From assembly GCF_035594765.1 (NCBI RefSeq), contig NC_085841.1, positions 187,969,574-188,033,573 of the forward strand: DNA of 64,000 nucleotides. Direction: 5' to 3'. Positions 26,971 through 40,130 of the stretch are shown in pieces (the stretch's first letter is position 1; each line of letters begins with the position of its first letter). The notes below the pieces were generated by a model. The model worked only from the letters and a program-made list of their open reading frames with translations. It searched no databases and was not told where the DNA came from. The position numbers were made by a program, and so were the translations under genes. Source of the DNA: Anolis carolinensis (lineage: Eukaryota).

Positions 26971-27078
26971 AAGGCCTAAATACCCAAAAGGCACCACAAA
27001 CCTATCTGACCTAGGAAACTAAGCAGAGTAATCTCTAGTTTGTACTTGGGAGACTGCCGGTGAATACCAGGTTCTGTA
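26971..27078 (+). pseudogene. Degenerate 5S rRNA-derived sequence (pseudogene or 5S-SINE head)
   Basis: tctgacctaggaaactaagcagagt...gtacttgggagactgccggtgaataccaggttctgta aligns by eye to vertebrate 5S with a small deletion. Confidence 0.75.
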
Positions 27079-27262
27079 TTGAATGTTGAGACACCTTTTC
27101 CCCATATAACTCCTTCAGGAGTGATTTTCTCTTCTTAGGGATAAATTTCTCTCACTTCCTGTTGTCTCACCCCTGTTCTGAACTAGTTGTATGTAAGTTC
27201 GATGGACTGTCTGTATTAGCTTTGGCTCCCATGGGCTCACTGAATTAAAGGATTTTTAAGTA

Positions 27263-27658
27263 CAGTAGAGTTCCGGTTATCCGAGATAAACAGGTGGGCC
27301 GAATATTGGATAAACAGAACTGTTGAATAATAGGGAGGCCCTATTATCCCTCCCGGCAAGCCGGGGGCTTGCGAAAGGGAAGAGCCTCCTTCTTTCGGCA
27401 AGCACCCGGTTTAGGGAATCCCAGGTCGCACTGCTGCCAAGCAACACGGCTGGGGCTTCTCCACGGCGCCGGGTGCTTGCCGAAGGGAGGAGGCTCTTCC
27501 CTTCCGCAAGCGCCCAGTTTAGGGAAGCCTGGTGCGTGTTGCTAAGCTTAGCTTCCCTAAGCTGCATGCTTGCCAAAGGGAAGAGCCTTGTCCCTCCGGC
27601 AAGCACATCGGATAATACAGTAGGTCAGATACCGGAAGTTGGTTAACCAGAACTACTG
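27263..27658. mobile_element. pogo/Tigger-type MITE with GC-rich internal palindromes
   Basis: TA|CAGTAGAGTTCCGGTTATCC...CTACTG|TA; repeated cggcaagcac/gtgcttgccg units. Confidence 0.8.
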
Positions 27659-28164
27659 TAAGTGTTGATTTGTTAGGTCTTCATGTATTTCTCCAATCTG
27701 CTTTAGTTGAAATCAGAAATTACATTTAGGCCCACAGGAAGCTTCCTTATGTCAGGCAATTCACCTGTCTAAAGAAACTGCTCCCATCAGCCCTTCTTTC
27801 AGAGATATCAGGGATGGAACCTGGGATCTTCTGCATGCAGAGCACATGTTCTGCCATTGAACTCCATACTTTTTTTCTTACCTAACCAGTTTCCTGATGG
27901 GTCTGGCCCTACCATTAGACAAAGATGAAGTGTCTTTTCTTTTTCTAGCTGGCTAAAAGACAAAGCATTGCAAGAGTGCTCATGAATACACTAAAACCCT
28001 AATGCTGGTCTTACCAATTCTGGCATCTCATCCACTATTTCTTCCCACCACTTCAGAAATAAAAACATCTGTGGCATATTTGGCTGGGTGGTGATGCCGT
28101 ATTGGCTTTTCTTTGAGCCTCCTTGTGGAGAGAAAAAGTGGGGTATAAATAAACATCATAATAA

Positions 28165-28460
28165 AACTATGTAAAAAATTTGAAAAAAAATCTGATCCTG
28201 GTTTGAAGTTTTATTCCTGTTTCATTGTGCGGTACTTACTTTGAAAGTAATTGTTACACTCCAGAAACTTCATTTTTGTGGCTGCCACAAACTACGTTGA
28301 ATTGGTTGAGACTCGATGAAAAACTATAGCAAAATGTGCTGCAAGATGTCCCACTAAAACAAAGTTTTTGCAGTTTCATAAACATTTTCCATGTTTTTAT
28401 GATAGAGCCAATTAGGAAATGACATTTATAACCCAGGAGTAAAAATCGTGTTATATAGTG
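28165..28460. mobile_element. Chapaev3-like element, inverted homologue of 22285-22576
   Basis: ccaattaggaaatgacatttataacccagga is the reverse complement of sequence near 22307-22337. Confidence 0.6.
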
Positions 28461-29748
28461 TAATTCTGCTTTCTAATGCAGTATTCTTTCCTGCTATTTT
28501 TTTCCTTCCCAGAACTCTCTTAAGACATGACAAGGGTCTCTTGCTTTCCTATGATAAAGCTAATGCCAAAATCTTCCTTAGCTGATCCCTCTGTTAATGC
28601 AAAATAGCCTTGACTTCAGGCTGCGCTCTAAAGCATCGTTCTTCAGGCCATTAATCTCTAGAACAGTATATTATATTCAAGTAATTGTACTTCATTTAAA
28701 TGCCTCTCCAAGTAGATGTCTCAGAATGGCATGGCAGCTTCATGGGTCATCTGCATTTTTGAGTTTTCATGTTCGAGTTTGGGATTTGGCGTATTCTTTA
28801 AAAAATGTGCCAGCTCTGACAGTCACCAATGGCTCTTCAAGGACATTGCAGTCAACTGCTTTTATGATTGCTTCTGCATTATGTTGGCCACATATAAAGC
28901 TTCTCTCTAGTGAGTGGGGCATTTTACATGAGCATGATTAAACCCAAGCTGTTCCAGCAGCAGGAGCAGCAGTGATGGACCTAGGAGACTGGTTGCCTTT
29001 GTCTAACTTAGCCTCTCAGACTAAGACAGTAGCACTCTCCTCTCTGCTGGAGCTGAGATTAATCAAATAAGCACAGAGAGCGAATCACATTAAGCCAACC
29101 CACAGTGGTAAATGAAGTGCACACAGCAGTTACTTATAGTCATGGCTGAGTGTGACCAGTACAGAAACTCACAAAATTGAGTGAGAGCCTTGCTGGTGGT
29201 TCAAGCAAGGCCACACACACACAAGTGTCAGGACCCCATCCCAATGGCAGTCTCAGTTTGGGGCTCTTCACAGGACAGTGGTATCACATCAGAACAAATA
29301 TCCTATGCCTCCCTGGATGAGGAAAGCTCCCTCTTCCCTGCTCAAAAAAATATAGATGGTTGCATGACTAATACTGGGGTTAAGGAAACCCATAGGCACA
29401 AAAGATGTGTACAACATACTGCTTTTCATTCAATACAGAGTTTAGCAACCTCATTTTTGGATGACAACCCGCAGTGTCCTCCAAACAGCTTTTCCCAAAT
29501 TCAATTGAATAAACTGCACTGTAGAAAGTTGTAGTCATATGGGTTTACAGATATGTTGATGGGATGGCCGAGGCACTCCTCATTCTCAGAGCCAAAGAAT
29601 AATTCCGGGTCTTAAAAAATAGATTCCCAGTTAAACTTGTCATACTTTTAAGTCCTGAATGTTGTGAATATGGGGAAGGCTCAACAGTGTTGTACTAGGT
29701 AAAGAATGGTTAATTGGGAAGCCATAGATTTTATACTGCCCAACCTTA

Positions 29749-29845
29749 CATAGAATCAGAAGAAGACCACATGGGCCATCTAGTCCAAGCCTCTGCCATG
29801 CAGGAGAAGCACAAAGTACCCCTGAAAGATGGCCATCCAGCCTCA
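29749..29845 (-). mobile_element. CR1 3' tail fragment
   Basis: catagaatca...gatggccatccagcct matches the CR1 end. Confidence 0.7.
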
Positions 29846-30789
29846 AAGATTTTATCCACAATTCAATCCTGCAGATTTGTGTGAGGAAGAGTATGAAGAA
29901 AGATCACCCGCTGTGCTGTTCCTCTTCAAATCTCTGCTTTGAGGGATGGATGGAGAATAGGAGACCTACCATCCCTATTTGATTCTTTTCATTGAATGCC
30001 AAAGTATTGTGGTGAAACTGTCCTGTGTGGTGTAAGCCTGAGGTCAGAGATGGTCACTATTTCACCTGCTATAGTGTATGCTGGATGCATATATGATTGA
30101 AACCTAAACCACGGGGAATCATCTTGAAAGGTCAACAAAGAGGCAGTGTGCTTCCCTTTCTTATCTCTCCTAGGACACTCTGGTTTCATATCACTCTTGT
30201 GCAAACACAAGTTTTTAGGCCGGTTTGAGTCAATACATGCAAATCATACTGGAGATGTGTCAAGCACATCAATATCCAGGATTTATAAATTATCCATTTA
30301 CCATGTGGGGAAGTTCTGGGGAAAGCCACCCCTTGATAATGGCTTTATTCTTATTGCTAGTTTCCATAGATAGTTTGATATTCTCAGCTATAATTCAGAA
30401 CCAATTTAGGATGCTCGCAGAACATTAGAGTGAATCTTCAGAAGCATAATATTCATTACAGAGTCCCTCTTACACCATTACCACATAGTTAAAAATTTCA
30501 GTTGCTGTAAATGAATTGATTGAAATACATGGGAGGTATGTTTTACATGGCAAAACAAACTCGTATGCTTAATCTAAAGTGTTTGGCAGGCATATGATTT
30601 TTTTTAAAAAGAAACAACTTATCTAATCTTTTTGGTAAGATTTTACAGAAATGAATGTTTCTAATTAAGTTTGAAAACTGCAATTATGTTTGTGCTGATC
30701 TTAAATGCTATCTCTTGATAAGAAAATACACATGATAGAGGGCTAACTTGCATCAGATTTGATAGCTGCGGAAGAGATTGCCTGAAATT

Positions 30790-31153
30790 GATGCATCTAC
30801 ACCAATGGTTCACAACCTGGAGTCCCCAGATGTTTTTGGCCTACAACTCTTAGAAATCCCAGCCAGTTTGCCAGCTGTTAGGATTTCTGGGAGTTGAAGG
30901 ACAAAAACGCCTGGGGACCCTAGATTGAGAACCACTGATCTACACTATATAATTTAATGCAGTTTGATGCCACTGGAACTGCCATGGCCCAATGCAATGG
31001 AATCCTGGGATTAGTCATTTGGTCAGAGGCACGAGCACTTTGGCAGGGAAGACTAAAAGATCTGTAAAACCACAATTCCCAGGATTCCATAGTATTGAGC
31101 CACAGCAGTTAAAGTGGTGTCCAACTGCATTAATTTTGCAGTGTAGATACACT
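30790..31153. mobile_element. Palindromic Harbinger-like MITE with a hAT MITE (30803-30937) nested in its left TIR
   Basis: Inner element has 8-bp TSD ATCTACAC; outer TIR gatgcatctacac/gtgtagatacac; relatives near 57690-57958 and 60775-60905. Confidence 0.78.
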
Positions 31154-32671
31154 GAGAGACTTATTCTTCATATCAATAAAGATGGAATACTGGGAATCAA
31201 CAACCACAAAACAGCAAATCCCAAAATAAGGTCCTCTGTGGAATTTACTGTCACTTGAAAGCGTAGCAGCTGCCAGAAGTCTTCATCTTCAGAAAGAATC
31301 TAATGGGCGTGTTGCTTCTTGGTGTAAAATCCTATCTGTGTATAACACCGTATATTGTTAGATGGTGTGACACCTACATCAGCTTGTGAATCATTGTGTG
31401 CTTATGTGGATAGCTTTGCTGAGCCTAGTGGTAGCAGCGTAGCTCTTTCCAGCTGTATTACAAATTGGCCTGTCAGTTACACTGAAGCCACCGGGATTAA
31501 ACTAGCTTTATATGCAAGCACTCTGGCTGTATTGGCTTCTGGATCATGCTGAGAGAATGCAGCACTCTTATTTAAAAAGGAAACCACACCAGAAGACAGC
31601 CGTGGAAATGTGTGCCTCACACTGTAATTGTATCCTGACCTGGAGGGACCCTTTCCCTATCTCCATTTCTCCAGGGATCAAGTTTCACATTGTATTCAGT
31701 GCTTAGCATCTCGGCTCTGGTTTGCCAACAAGTATGTGCTGCATGATACCAGCCAGCCATATGCAGGAACTAAAAATCAGGCTGATCAGCTACCAAACTT
31801 ATTTCTCACCAGGCAGCTGCTGTTTGCGCATTTTAAAACAAGAGCAGTGGGCGGGTTGGCTAGACAGCCATGAAGCCTGCCTGCTAGAAAGATGCTGCAC
31901 ATCACTGTAGTTGATGACAATTTAAAATCACAAGATTTCCTCATTTGGAGCGGAACCAACTTGACCTCGTAAGCATCCTCCATTGGTGTCTGAATCCCTG
32001 AACAATTCCCCACTCGGTAGTATTATGGCTTCACTTCAGACTGGACTTGGAAAGGAAATGGGATTGTGCTGGATAAAGCTTTTGATCAAACACAAATACC
32101 AGCAATATTAGCAAAGGGAATAGAGAAAATTGCTAGCAGAGTAAATAGCTTTTTGTATAAATGTTCCCTTTATTCAAATGTTCCCCAGTGTGCATTTCTT
32201 CCTTTAAAGTCTGAAGAGTGAATTTCTTTTAGGAAACATTGATTATCTGATACTGTTCAAAGTTGCCTGCCACTTTGCAGACACACAGAGTGCAAAGAAG
32301 AAAGGAAAGGAAAATCAGGGTGTCTAAGCCAGTTGCCCCTGTCAAGTGCAAATAGAATCGGACTAGGAAAATCTTTATTTACCCCCAGCAGCAGGTTCAC
32401 AATGTCAAGCTCTGAAGGGGCATTTAGGCAGCGGGAAAAGAAGCAAAGTCTTCTTGCTCTAGCTGCTCTCAAGTGATCCTGTGCTCACAATTGTTTAACT
32501 CCACAAGATCAGTTAGGAGAAAGTATATTTTGTCACAGTAGGCATCTTGAGATCAGCAGGCCAGAAATCTTTCTCTATGCAAATTATGTCTTGACCAGTT
32601 ATTCAAGATTGAAGTTGAGTTACAGAATTATTATTGAAAAGCAATCAAGGCTGGATGACAATGATGATGAT

Positions 32672-35006
32672 CAGAGCCGGCCCTAGGAAATTTTCAAGTA
32701 CAGGCGAACAGAATTTTGGCGCCCCCCCCCCCCCCCCAAAACCAATCACTGAAAAACAAAAGCGCTGGATAAGCAAAAATGTTGGATAATAAGGAGGGAT
32801 TAAGGAAAAGCCTATTAAACATCAAATTACGTTATGATTTTACAAATTAAGCACCAAAACATCATGTTATACAACAAATTAACAGAAAAAGCAGTTCAAT
32901 ACATGGTAATGTTATGTAGGAATTACTATATTTGCGAATTTAACACCAAACATTGAACTGGGATATAGGGCAGTGTGGACTTAGATAACCCAGTTCAAAG
33001 CAGATATTTTGGGTTATTCTGCCTTGATATTCTGGGTTATATGGCTGTGTGACAGCTACTCATAAATTCCCACCCCCATGCGTCCTACACATTCTGAGAA
33101 TCTGCTGGAATTCTATGAAATGATCAAATGATGATGCATTACTTGAAATATGTAGTATTTATGCTTTTCTAAATGTACACAGAATTATTTTCCAGCAAAG
33201 ATGCAACAGTAAGTGCACTTACCTACCAGGCATGGGCAAACACTGGCCCCCCAGGTGTTTTGGACTACAACTCCCACAATTCCTAACAGCCTCAAGCCCC
33301 TTGCTTTCCCCCCTTAGCCATTTAAGCTAAGGGGTAAAACCTGGACACAGTATATTATTTGAGAACATAGAAATGCTGGACCACTCTCACAACCACCATG
33401 TCAGACAACAGAGAAGTCATTGAAATCCACAAGCATGTGGACAATTCCAACAGAAGGGAGGAACCCATGACAATGAAGAGTATCTGGCTACCAGTATTTA
33501 AAAACTCAGGACAGTAAATAAAGAACAACACACACAAAAACAGAGGAATTCCAGACATGAATCAATCAGGGGCAGCTCGCACCTCCCAACAAAGGATTCC
33601 CTCAAATAGGAAGCAGCCAGGCTTTGAAGCTGCAAGGCTATTCAGTGCTAATCAAGGTGGCCTATTGCAACATTCACACTTGCCTCCAGCAGACAAGAGT
33701 TCTTTCTCTTCCAACCTGGACTTCCAACAAATAATTAAGCCCCACTTCCCTAGTTTCGAACAGACCTCACAACCTCTGAGGATGCTTGCCATAGATGTGG
33801 GCGAAACATCAGGAGAGATTGCTTCTGAAACATGGCAATACAGACTGGGAAACCCACAGCAAACCAGTGTTTCTGGCCATGAAAGCTTTTGACAACAGGT
33901 TCCAGAAGTATTCTCTCCTGATTGATTAACACCTCCCAACAAAGGATTCCCTCAAGCAGGAAACAGCCAGGCTTTGAAGCTGCAAGGCTTTTCAATGCTA
34001 ATCAAGGTGATTAATGGCAACAGTCACACTGGCCTCCAACAAACAGACAAGAGTTCTTTCCAGGGCTGGATTTTGTGGTTTTCTTCATGGGGTTGGACTA
34101 GATGTCCTTTGGGGTTCCCCCTTTCCAATCTAAGATACTTTCAGGAGCTAATGCAAAGCCTTTGGAGTCTTTTTGGGATTGTTTACATTCAAAAATGGGG
34201 GAATCTCCATCTCTCTTCCCATAGTAAATCCCAATATTATGTATATATGTGTGTATATGTATGTATGTATATACACACACACACACATTGCAAACAAAAG
34301 GATCACCCTCATGTATGTTGCAAAGGGAAAAGAGAAAGAGCAGCAGGTAGTAGGAATGGTTGGGAGGAAAGAGAACAGAGAGAGGGCCCAAAGGAAAAAG
34401 GATCCAAGGCCCCAAGGCCTGGTCCCTCTTCCAACAACAACAATAAACCCCGTTAGCAAAGGCCCCCCGCCCCCCCCCCCCCAAGCAAAACAAGCCCCTT
34501 AAATGGACTCACAAATAGAAAAATACTTACTAAAATGGGAAGGCAGTGAGTGGGTTACAGTGGCTTGGCTTCTCCCCACACTCCCTCGCTCCTTTCCCCC
34601 TTCTCCCTTCTCCCTTTCCCCCCAATCCCACTGCTTGCTTTACAGGGGAGGCAAAAGGATCAAAGGGACCCAAGCCAGCTCCACGTGGAGCCTGATTCCT
34701 TCTGTTTGGCTGCTGCAAGGCAAGTTGCAGCCAAGGGGGGGGGGGGGGGGGGGGAGGTGCTGGGCTTCTCAGTCTGCAAACTGCCCAACATCCTCCTTCT
34801 CCAGAGGGAGCTGCTGGGTGCTTTGCAGACTGGAGAAGTGCTGTTTCACTCTGCAAACGGCCCGACGTCTTCCTTCTGGGGAGGAAGGCACTGGGCTCTG
34901 CAGGGCAGAGGCACAGCAGCGGAGGCAGGAGTTGCCTTGATGGCGCCCCCTACAGGATGGCGCCACAGGCAAATGACTAGTTTGCCTCTCGGTTGAACCG
35001 TCACTG
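32672..35006. mobile_element. Composite non-autonomous hAT element, 2335 bp
   Basis: CAGAGCCGG...CCGTCACTG imperfect TIR, subterminal TGGCGCCCC motifs at both ends, ATGATGAT on both flanks; left end homologous to the 41261-41487 element. Confidence 0.75.
33350..33895 (+). mobile_element. Penelope-like element 3' fragment (GIY-YIG endonuclease C-terminus + terminal repeat)
   Basis: ILFENIEMLDHSHNHHVRQQREVIEIHKHVDNSNRREE resembles the PLE endonuclease end (R..RE.IEI....N.NR). Confidence 0.78.
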
Positions 35007-35099
35007 ATGATGATGATGTATTTGTATTCCACCTTATCTTCTCGAGGGGACTCAGAGCGGACACAAGGCAAATATTCAGTGCCTAGAAACAAACGCAGA

Positions 35100-35389
35100 T
35101 AAAGGTCCCCCCTTCTGGCTCTGCAGGTTGGTGCCCATCTCCATTTCTAAGCCGAAGAGCCTGTGTTGTCTGTAGACACCTCCTAGGTTATGTGGCTGGC
35201 ATGACTGCATGGAGCGCCATTTTACCTTCCCACCAAGGCAGTACCTATTGATCTTCACACATTTAAATGTTTTCGAACTGCTAGTTTGACAGAAACTAGG
35301 GCTAACAACAGGAGAATTCAAACTGCCAATCTTCTGGTCAGCATGTTCAGCAGCTCAGCAGTTTAACTCATTGTTCCACCATGGGCCCT
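35100..35389 (-). mobile_element. Sauria SINE (internally deleted), followed by a CR1 tail at 35405-35479
   Basis: Homology to the other copies. Confidence 0.82.
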
Positions 35390-37891
35390 CATATCTATCA
35401 GGGATGCTTTGATGTGATTTTCCTTCATGGCAGGGGGACTAGAAGGCTCTTGTGGTCTCTTCCAACTCTGTGATTCTATAGCAGGAGTGAAGTTGGGTGT
35501 CTCATTCCAGCAACCACAGTTGTAAATGTTGCAATATTGCTACTCATAGGCTGGGATCCTATGGTTAGAGCAGACCCATTGAGTCAATCAGATTTACCTC
35601 TATGTTGACACACCATTCAACAATTCACTCAGTGAGTCTACAATAGCTGGGACATACTAATAGGATTCAGATCAACCATAATAATTTTCAGAACCATTCC
35701 CTTAAGGGGGACCCAGAACTGCAGGCAGCTGTGCAGATCCATAAAGAAAACTGGGCTCCAACAGCTTCCAATTCCTTATAAAGCTATTTGATTTCACCTG
35801 CCTATTCAGGATTAAGTCACTAGAAACCATTTTTAGTGGCCACAATATATTGTTCCTGGGAGAATTCATTTCCCTTCCTGCCCTGCCAAGATACAGAAAA
35901 CCAGAGGAGAGAGACGGATGACTCCATTCTAATCAAAAAATCACAGTCTTCTAGCTCTTCAAGCCATTGGGCCAAAGAGTTGTATTTACAACTGAAAAAG
36001 AAGGTGTAGAAAGGGACTACAAATTGTGTGTGGAAAAGAAGAGAGAAGGATTCTTCCATCCATTCATCATTGGCTACCTCTTGGGCTAAGCAGTGAAGAA
36101 TTCTTCAAAAGGAAGTACGGTACTCTGTTCCCTTCTCTCTTTTTTATTTAAGAAAATAGATCTTTCCCTCCAGATGGTTTGGCAACAACTCCCATAATCC
36201 CTTACCATTATCTGTGGTGACTGGAGCTTCCTGGAACCAAGCTCTGTTTTTAAAAACAAGTGAAGGATACATTGCTGTCCAATTTTAAATCCACTTCCCT
36301 GGAAGTAAATCCTCTTGAACACATTCAGATGTACTTTGGAGTAGACATGGCTAGAATTGTACTGTCAATCATGAAACTGGATACTAGGTTATACTATACC
36401 TTTTTTCAAGGACTAGAATAAATGGATAAAATCTAGTTTTGGATATGAAGACTCCAGCAATATTTTCCTTGCTACTAGTCTCTTCGTTTTCTTTCAAAAG
36501 AAGCATTTTTCCCCTTTAGTATCTTTCAGCAATTATTTGACAATTTTAGATCCTCAAACTATGATATCATTGCCTTCCTCTGTCCCCACTGCTCCTTTGG
36601 TTCCTTTTGCAACCTGTCTTTTTGTCTAATTTCATATATTTAGATCACGTTTGTCCTCAGAATCATTATGCAGTATTGGCCATTGTGATCTTGTTTTGTT
36701 TTTTAAAGCAAACTCCTCAGTCAACCAGCAAGTCTGCAGCCAGCTATGTTGGGAACTAAGATCAGCCACTTGGTCTCCTCCTCTTCCCAGGGTCACTCTG
36801 TAATTTTCTTTTTGTTTACTCCTTCCCTTTTGAGAACAGACTTTAAACACGACTTCCCAGAGTGCAAGCCTTTGCCACTTGGCAAATACCAGTACTGCTG
36901 AGTGTTTTTATTTCTGCTAAATTCTTCTTTAGCATGCAATGCTTCTGCAAGCTTTCTTGGAAATCTGGCTTTTTTGGACTAATAACAGTCAAAATTGCCG
37001 TGCTGGCTGGAGTATTCTGGGAAATGTTATCCAAAAAGGTAATTTTTGCAAACTCTGCTGAAATGCAGGCTGATCTGTGATGGAACGAGAGATACTAAGG
37101 GCTCATCCCGCTTCCCAGCCTCAAACACAGTTCTTCCCTTTGGGGAGCATAGCGGATTTACATCAGCTTAAATGCCATACCATTTCTGTGGCTTCTCTTA
37201 TACTTGCCTGATGAGGAGCAGATCTGTTGGCGATGTGCTGATAAAGCTGATATTTCCATAAACAACCAGGGAAATATGTTTAAAGACAGCATACATATAT
37301 ACACACAAACAAACCTGGGTTTGTTATCTTATTGTTATGAGTAAGATCGGGTAAAAGAATCCCTGGGATTCATTCAGCCTAAATCAAGCCTGTTTCATTC
37401 CCATTGATTGAGCATACCTCTCCTTTCCTCTTGTAAAATCAAAAATTCGAACTTTGGAGAGAAACTGCATTTATTCTGTGTATCCTATCTCCTTGGCGGC
37501 TGCCATGGGGACACAAGGGTATATATCACCTTGGGCTTCTTGGTTTATAATTAGCACACCAGGCTGAACTATAGGCAAAAGCTCAATAAAGCTTTACAAT
37601 GTTTGCTTCTGTGTCCATGTGGTACCCCAGCAACTTTTCAGCTCTGGAGGCGAAATGTTTCCATGTGGATCTGAAGTGCGTGGAGACATCTGAACTCCCA
37701 TGTCAAATAATCACTTTCTGCAAATGCTACAGAGAGCTGGGGAGTGTTTTCTTGTTGTTTATGTTGGCGGTGATTTTAAAAAAAGCAATTCCAGTATTCA
37801 CTCTAGTGTTGTTCCAGTTGAGACTAAGCAATTCTTGCTTTCAAGGCCTGTATCTAATGTTGTTTTGAAAAAGAACTCTGGTCTAGAGCTG

Positions 37892-38278
37892 TACTCCCAA
37901 CTCAACAATGGAAAACGGAAAGTTGGTGGTCAGGAAAAAGATATTTAATGATGGGCTTAAAGCTAACCTCAAAAATTGTGGCATAGACATTGAGAACTGG
38001 GAAGCTTTGGCCCTTGGGTGCTCTTGATGGAGGTCAGCTGTGACCAGCAGTGCTGTGGAATTCGAAGAGGCACGAATGGAGAGTTAAAGGGGGAAACATG
38101 CCAAGAGGAAGGCACGTCAAGCCAACCTTGACCGGGACCGCCTTCCGTCTGGAAACAGATGCCCTCACTGTAGAAGAACATGCGGGTCAAGAATAGGACT
38201 ACGTACCTATGTACCCACCGCCAAGACACTACACTTGGAGGGCCATCATACTCGAACAATGAGGGAGCGCCTAAGTAA
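37892..38278 (+). mobile_element. RTE-clade LINE 3' end
   Basis: YSQLNNGKRKVGGQ.../DGLKANLKNCGIDIENWEALA.../CPHCRRTCGSRIG; (TAAG)n tail; 12-bp TSD GGTCTAGA(G/A)CTG. Confidence 0.85.
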
Positions 38279-40130
38279 GGTCTAGAACTGAAGTGTCTAA
38301 AGCCACTGCTGGAAATGTCCTTCTCAAATGTTGTTTGAAAATGTAGAATTTGTAATACGGAGATTCATTGCAAAGATATTCAGTATGTGAATATAGTATT
38401 GACAAAACAGGTCTTTGACCAAGTTATCTCCCACTCACTTTGTCTCTGCCTCTGTCTCTCTACCCCTCTCTTCATCATTTTGGCAAACAAATTTGATTTT
38501 TCTTACTGCCCAATGTGGAAGGAATTGGTTTCTCGTGAGCTGGCTTTTGGATGTGTAATGTTGGAATCAGTGAGAGACACTTTCTAACATCTCATTGGAA
38601 GCCAATAATGGATGCCATCTTTACTTTGTACTATCCAAATAGAAATAGTAAGTCGGCTTTGGAATAAAACTAGTGAACATGCTCCCACACCAACAATTTT
38701 ACCTGGATCTTGATGAATAACTATTACATAAATTTGTTACTTGTTCCAGTTTCTAATTTTGATGCAGTCCTCAAAAATATAGGCACTTAATTCTTAATAA
38801 TGAAGTTAGCTTGTGCCATGCCTGTTGACTACTTCACCTAGCTTGTCTGTCTTTTATCTTGGATTGGCTCCGAAGCTTAAGACTGTGTCTTTTTTGGAGT
38901 ACAGCTACTAGAGTCCTCCAATGGCCCTATTGACTGGTCCCAAAAGTCCATTATATAAGGCGCTGAGCCAATTCTTCATCCCACCAAACTACGAGATATA
39001 CATTAGGAGGCATCTGTTCCTATAGCACAGCCTCTATTAAATTTCTGCAAAGCAGTTTGTGTCTCGTTTTTCTCATGGCAAGTACATCTGTAGTTGTAAT
39101 AATTGCTTGTAATTCCAGGATGTTGTATGCTAGGGAGGCATTTGTTTGTGCAATGCTTGTCAGGCACATATTCATGTTTCACTTCATTGGCCTTACAAAT
39201 TGTCGGCTGATTGTTTGTTTGTTTTTTGTTTGTGTTTCAACGCGTGTGAACGACACTGAGCAACATTTTTTTATTCTAGAGTGATAGAAATGACATTTTG
39301 TAACTTGATTTCTCAGCTGTGAAATGAAAATAACGTAGTACAACCCCCCGGCAATTCTGTTCTTTGGTTTTTGCTCCTGAAGGTGTTTAAGGTTCAGCCA
39401 TCTTTGGCTCTGGTTCAAAAACATCTCAGTTGGACGCTTGATGGACTAATGACAGGCATGCAGGTTTAAAAGCTGTCACAGATGAGATGCTTCAGACAGA
39501 TGCTTTTTTGTTGCAGGTTTTTTTACCCAGTGGGATGGAAGCATGTAGGTTCAAAACAGACATAATGACAGCAAAACAGGTGGCAATTGTGCAAGCTGGA
39601 AGATCTTGTGTGGCCCTCAAAGGTCCCCAAATAGCCCCAGTCTCAAATAGAAGTGGCTGCAAATGCTATATTGGGGGCTGGGCACTGTTCTGTTTTTGTG
39701 TTTCAGTGTCCACATCAAAACCATCCAAAACCTGGTGTAATGGTTTGGGTTTTGGTCTCTGGAAATACCAGAGTTTCAATGCATATTCAACCAAGGAAAC
39801 CCACTGGGAACAAATCACATTCTCGCAACCCTTTGTAGGCAGGCAATGGCATACTAACTTGGAACAAAGAAAATATTTAGAGAGGGTGACAGTTTTGGGA
39901 GCAAAACTGAAAGTGAGAGAGATATTACTTTGGTTTCTGCAAAAAAAAAAAAATGGTGATATGTGGCTCACTGGAATCAGAAGTACCCAAAATAGTCATG
40001 GTCTCTACAAACATACAAACAGGAAGGCAACTTAAAACAAAAATGCCTTGACAAAGTGAAAGGGCATTGTGTTTTTTTAACAGCAGAAGGGATTTTTTTT
40101 TGGGAGGGGGGGGGAATCTATAAACCTAAA

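Noticed and set aside
26971-27078. Functional 5S rRNA gene
   Set aside because: Heavily diverged with a deletion in the internal control region
39487-40035. 182-aa ORF
   Set aside because: No recognisable homology; overlaps an old SINE-like fragment; chance intronic ORF
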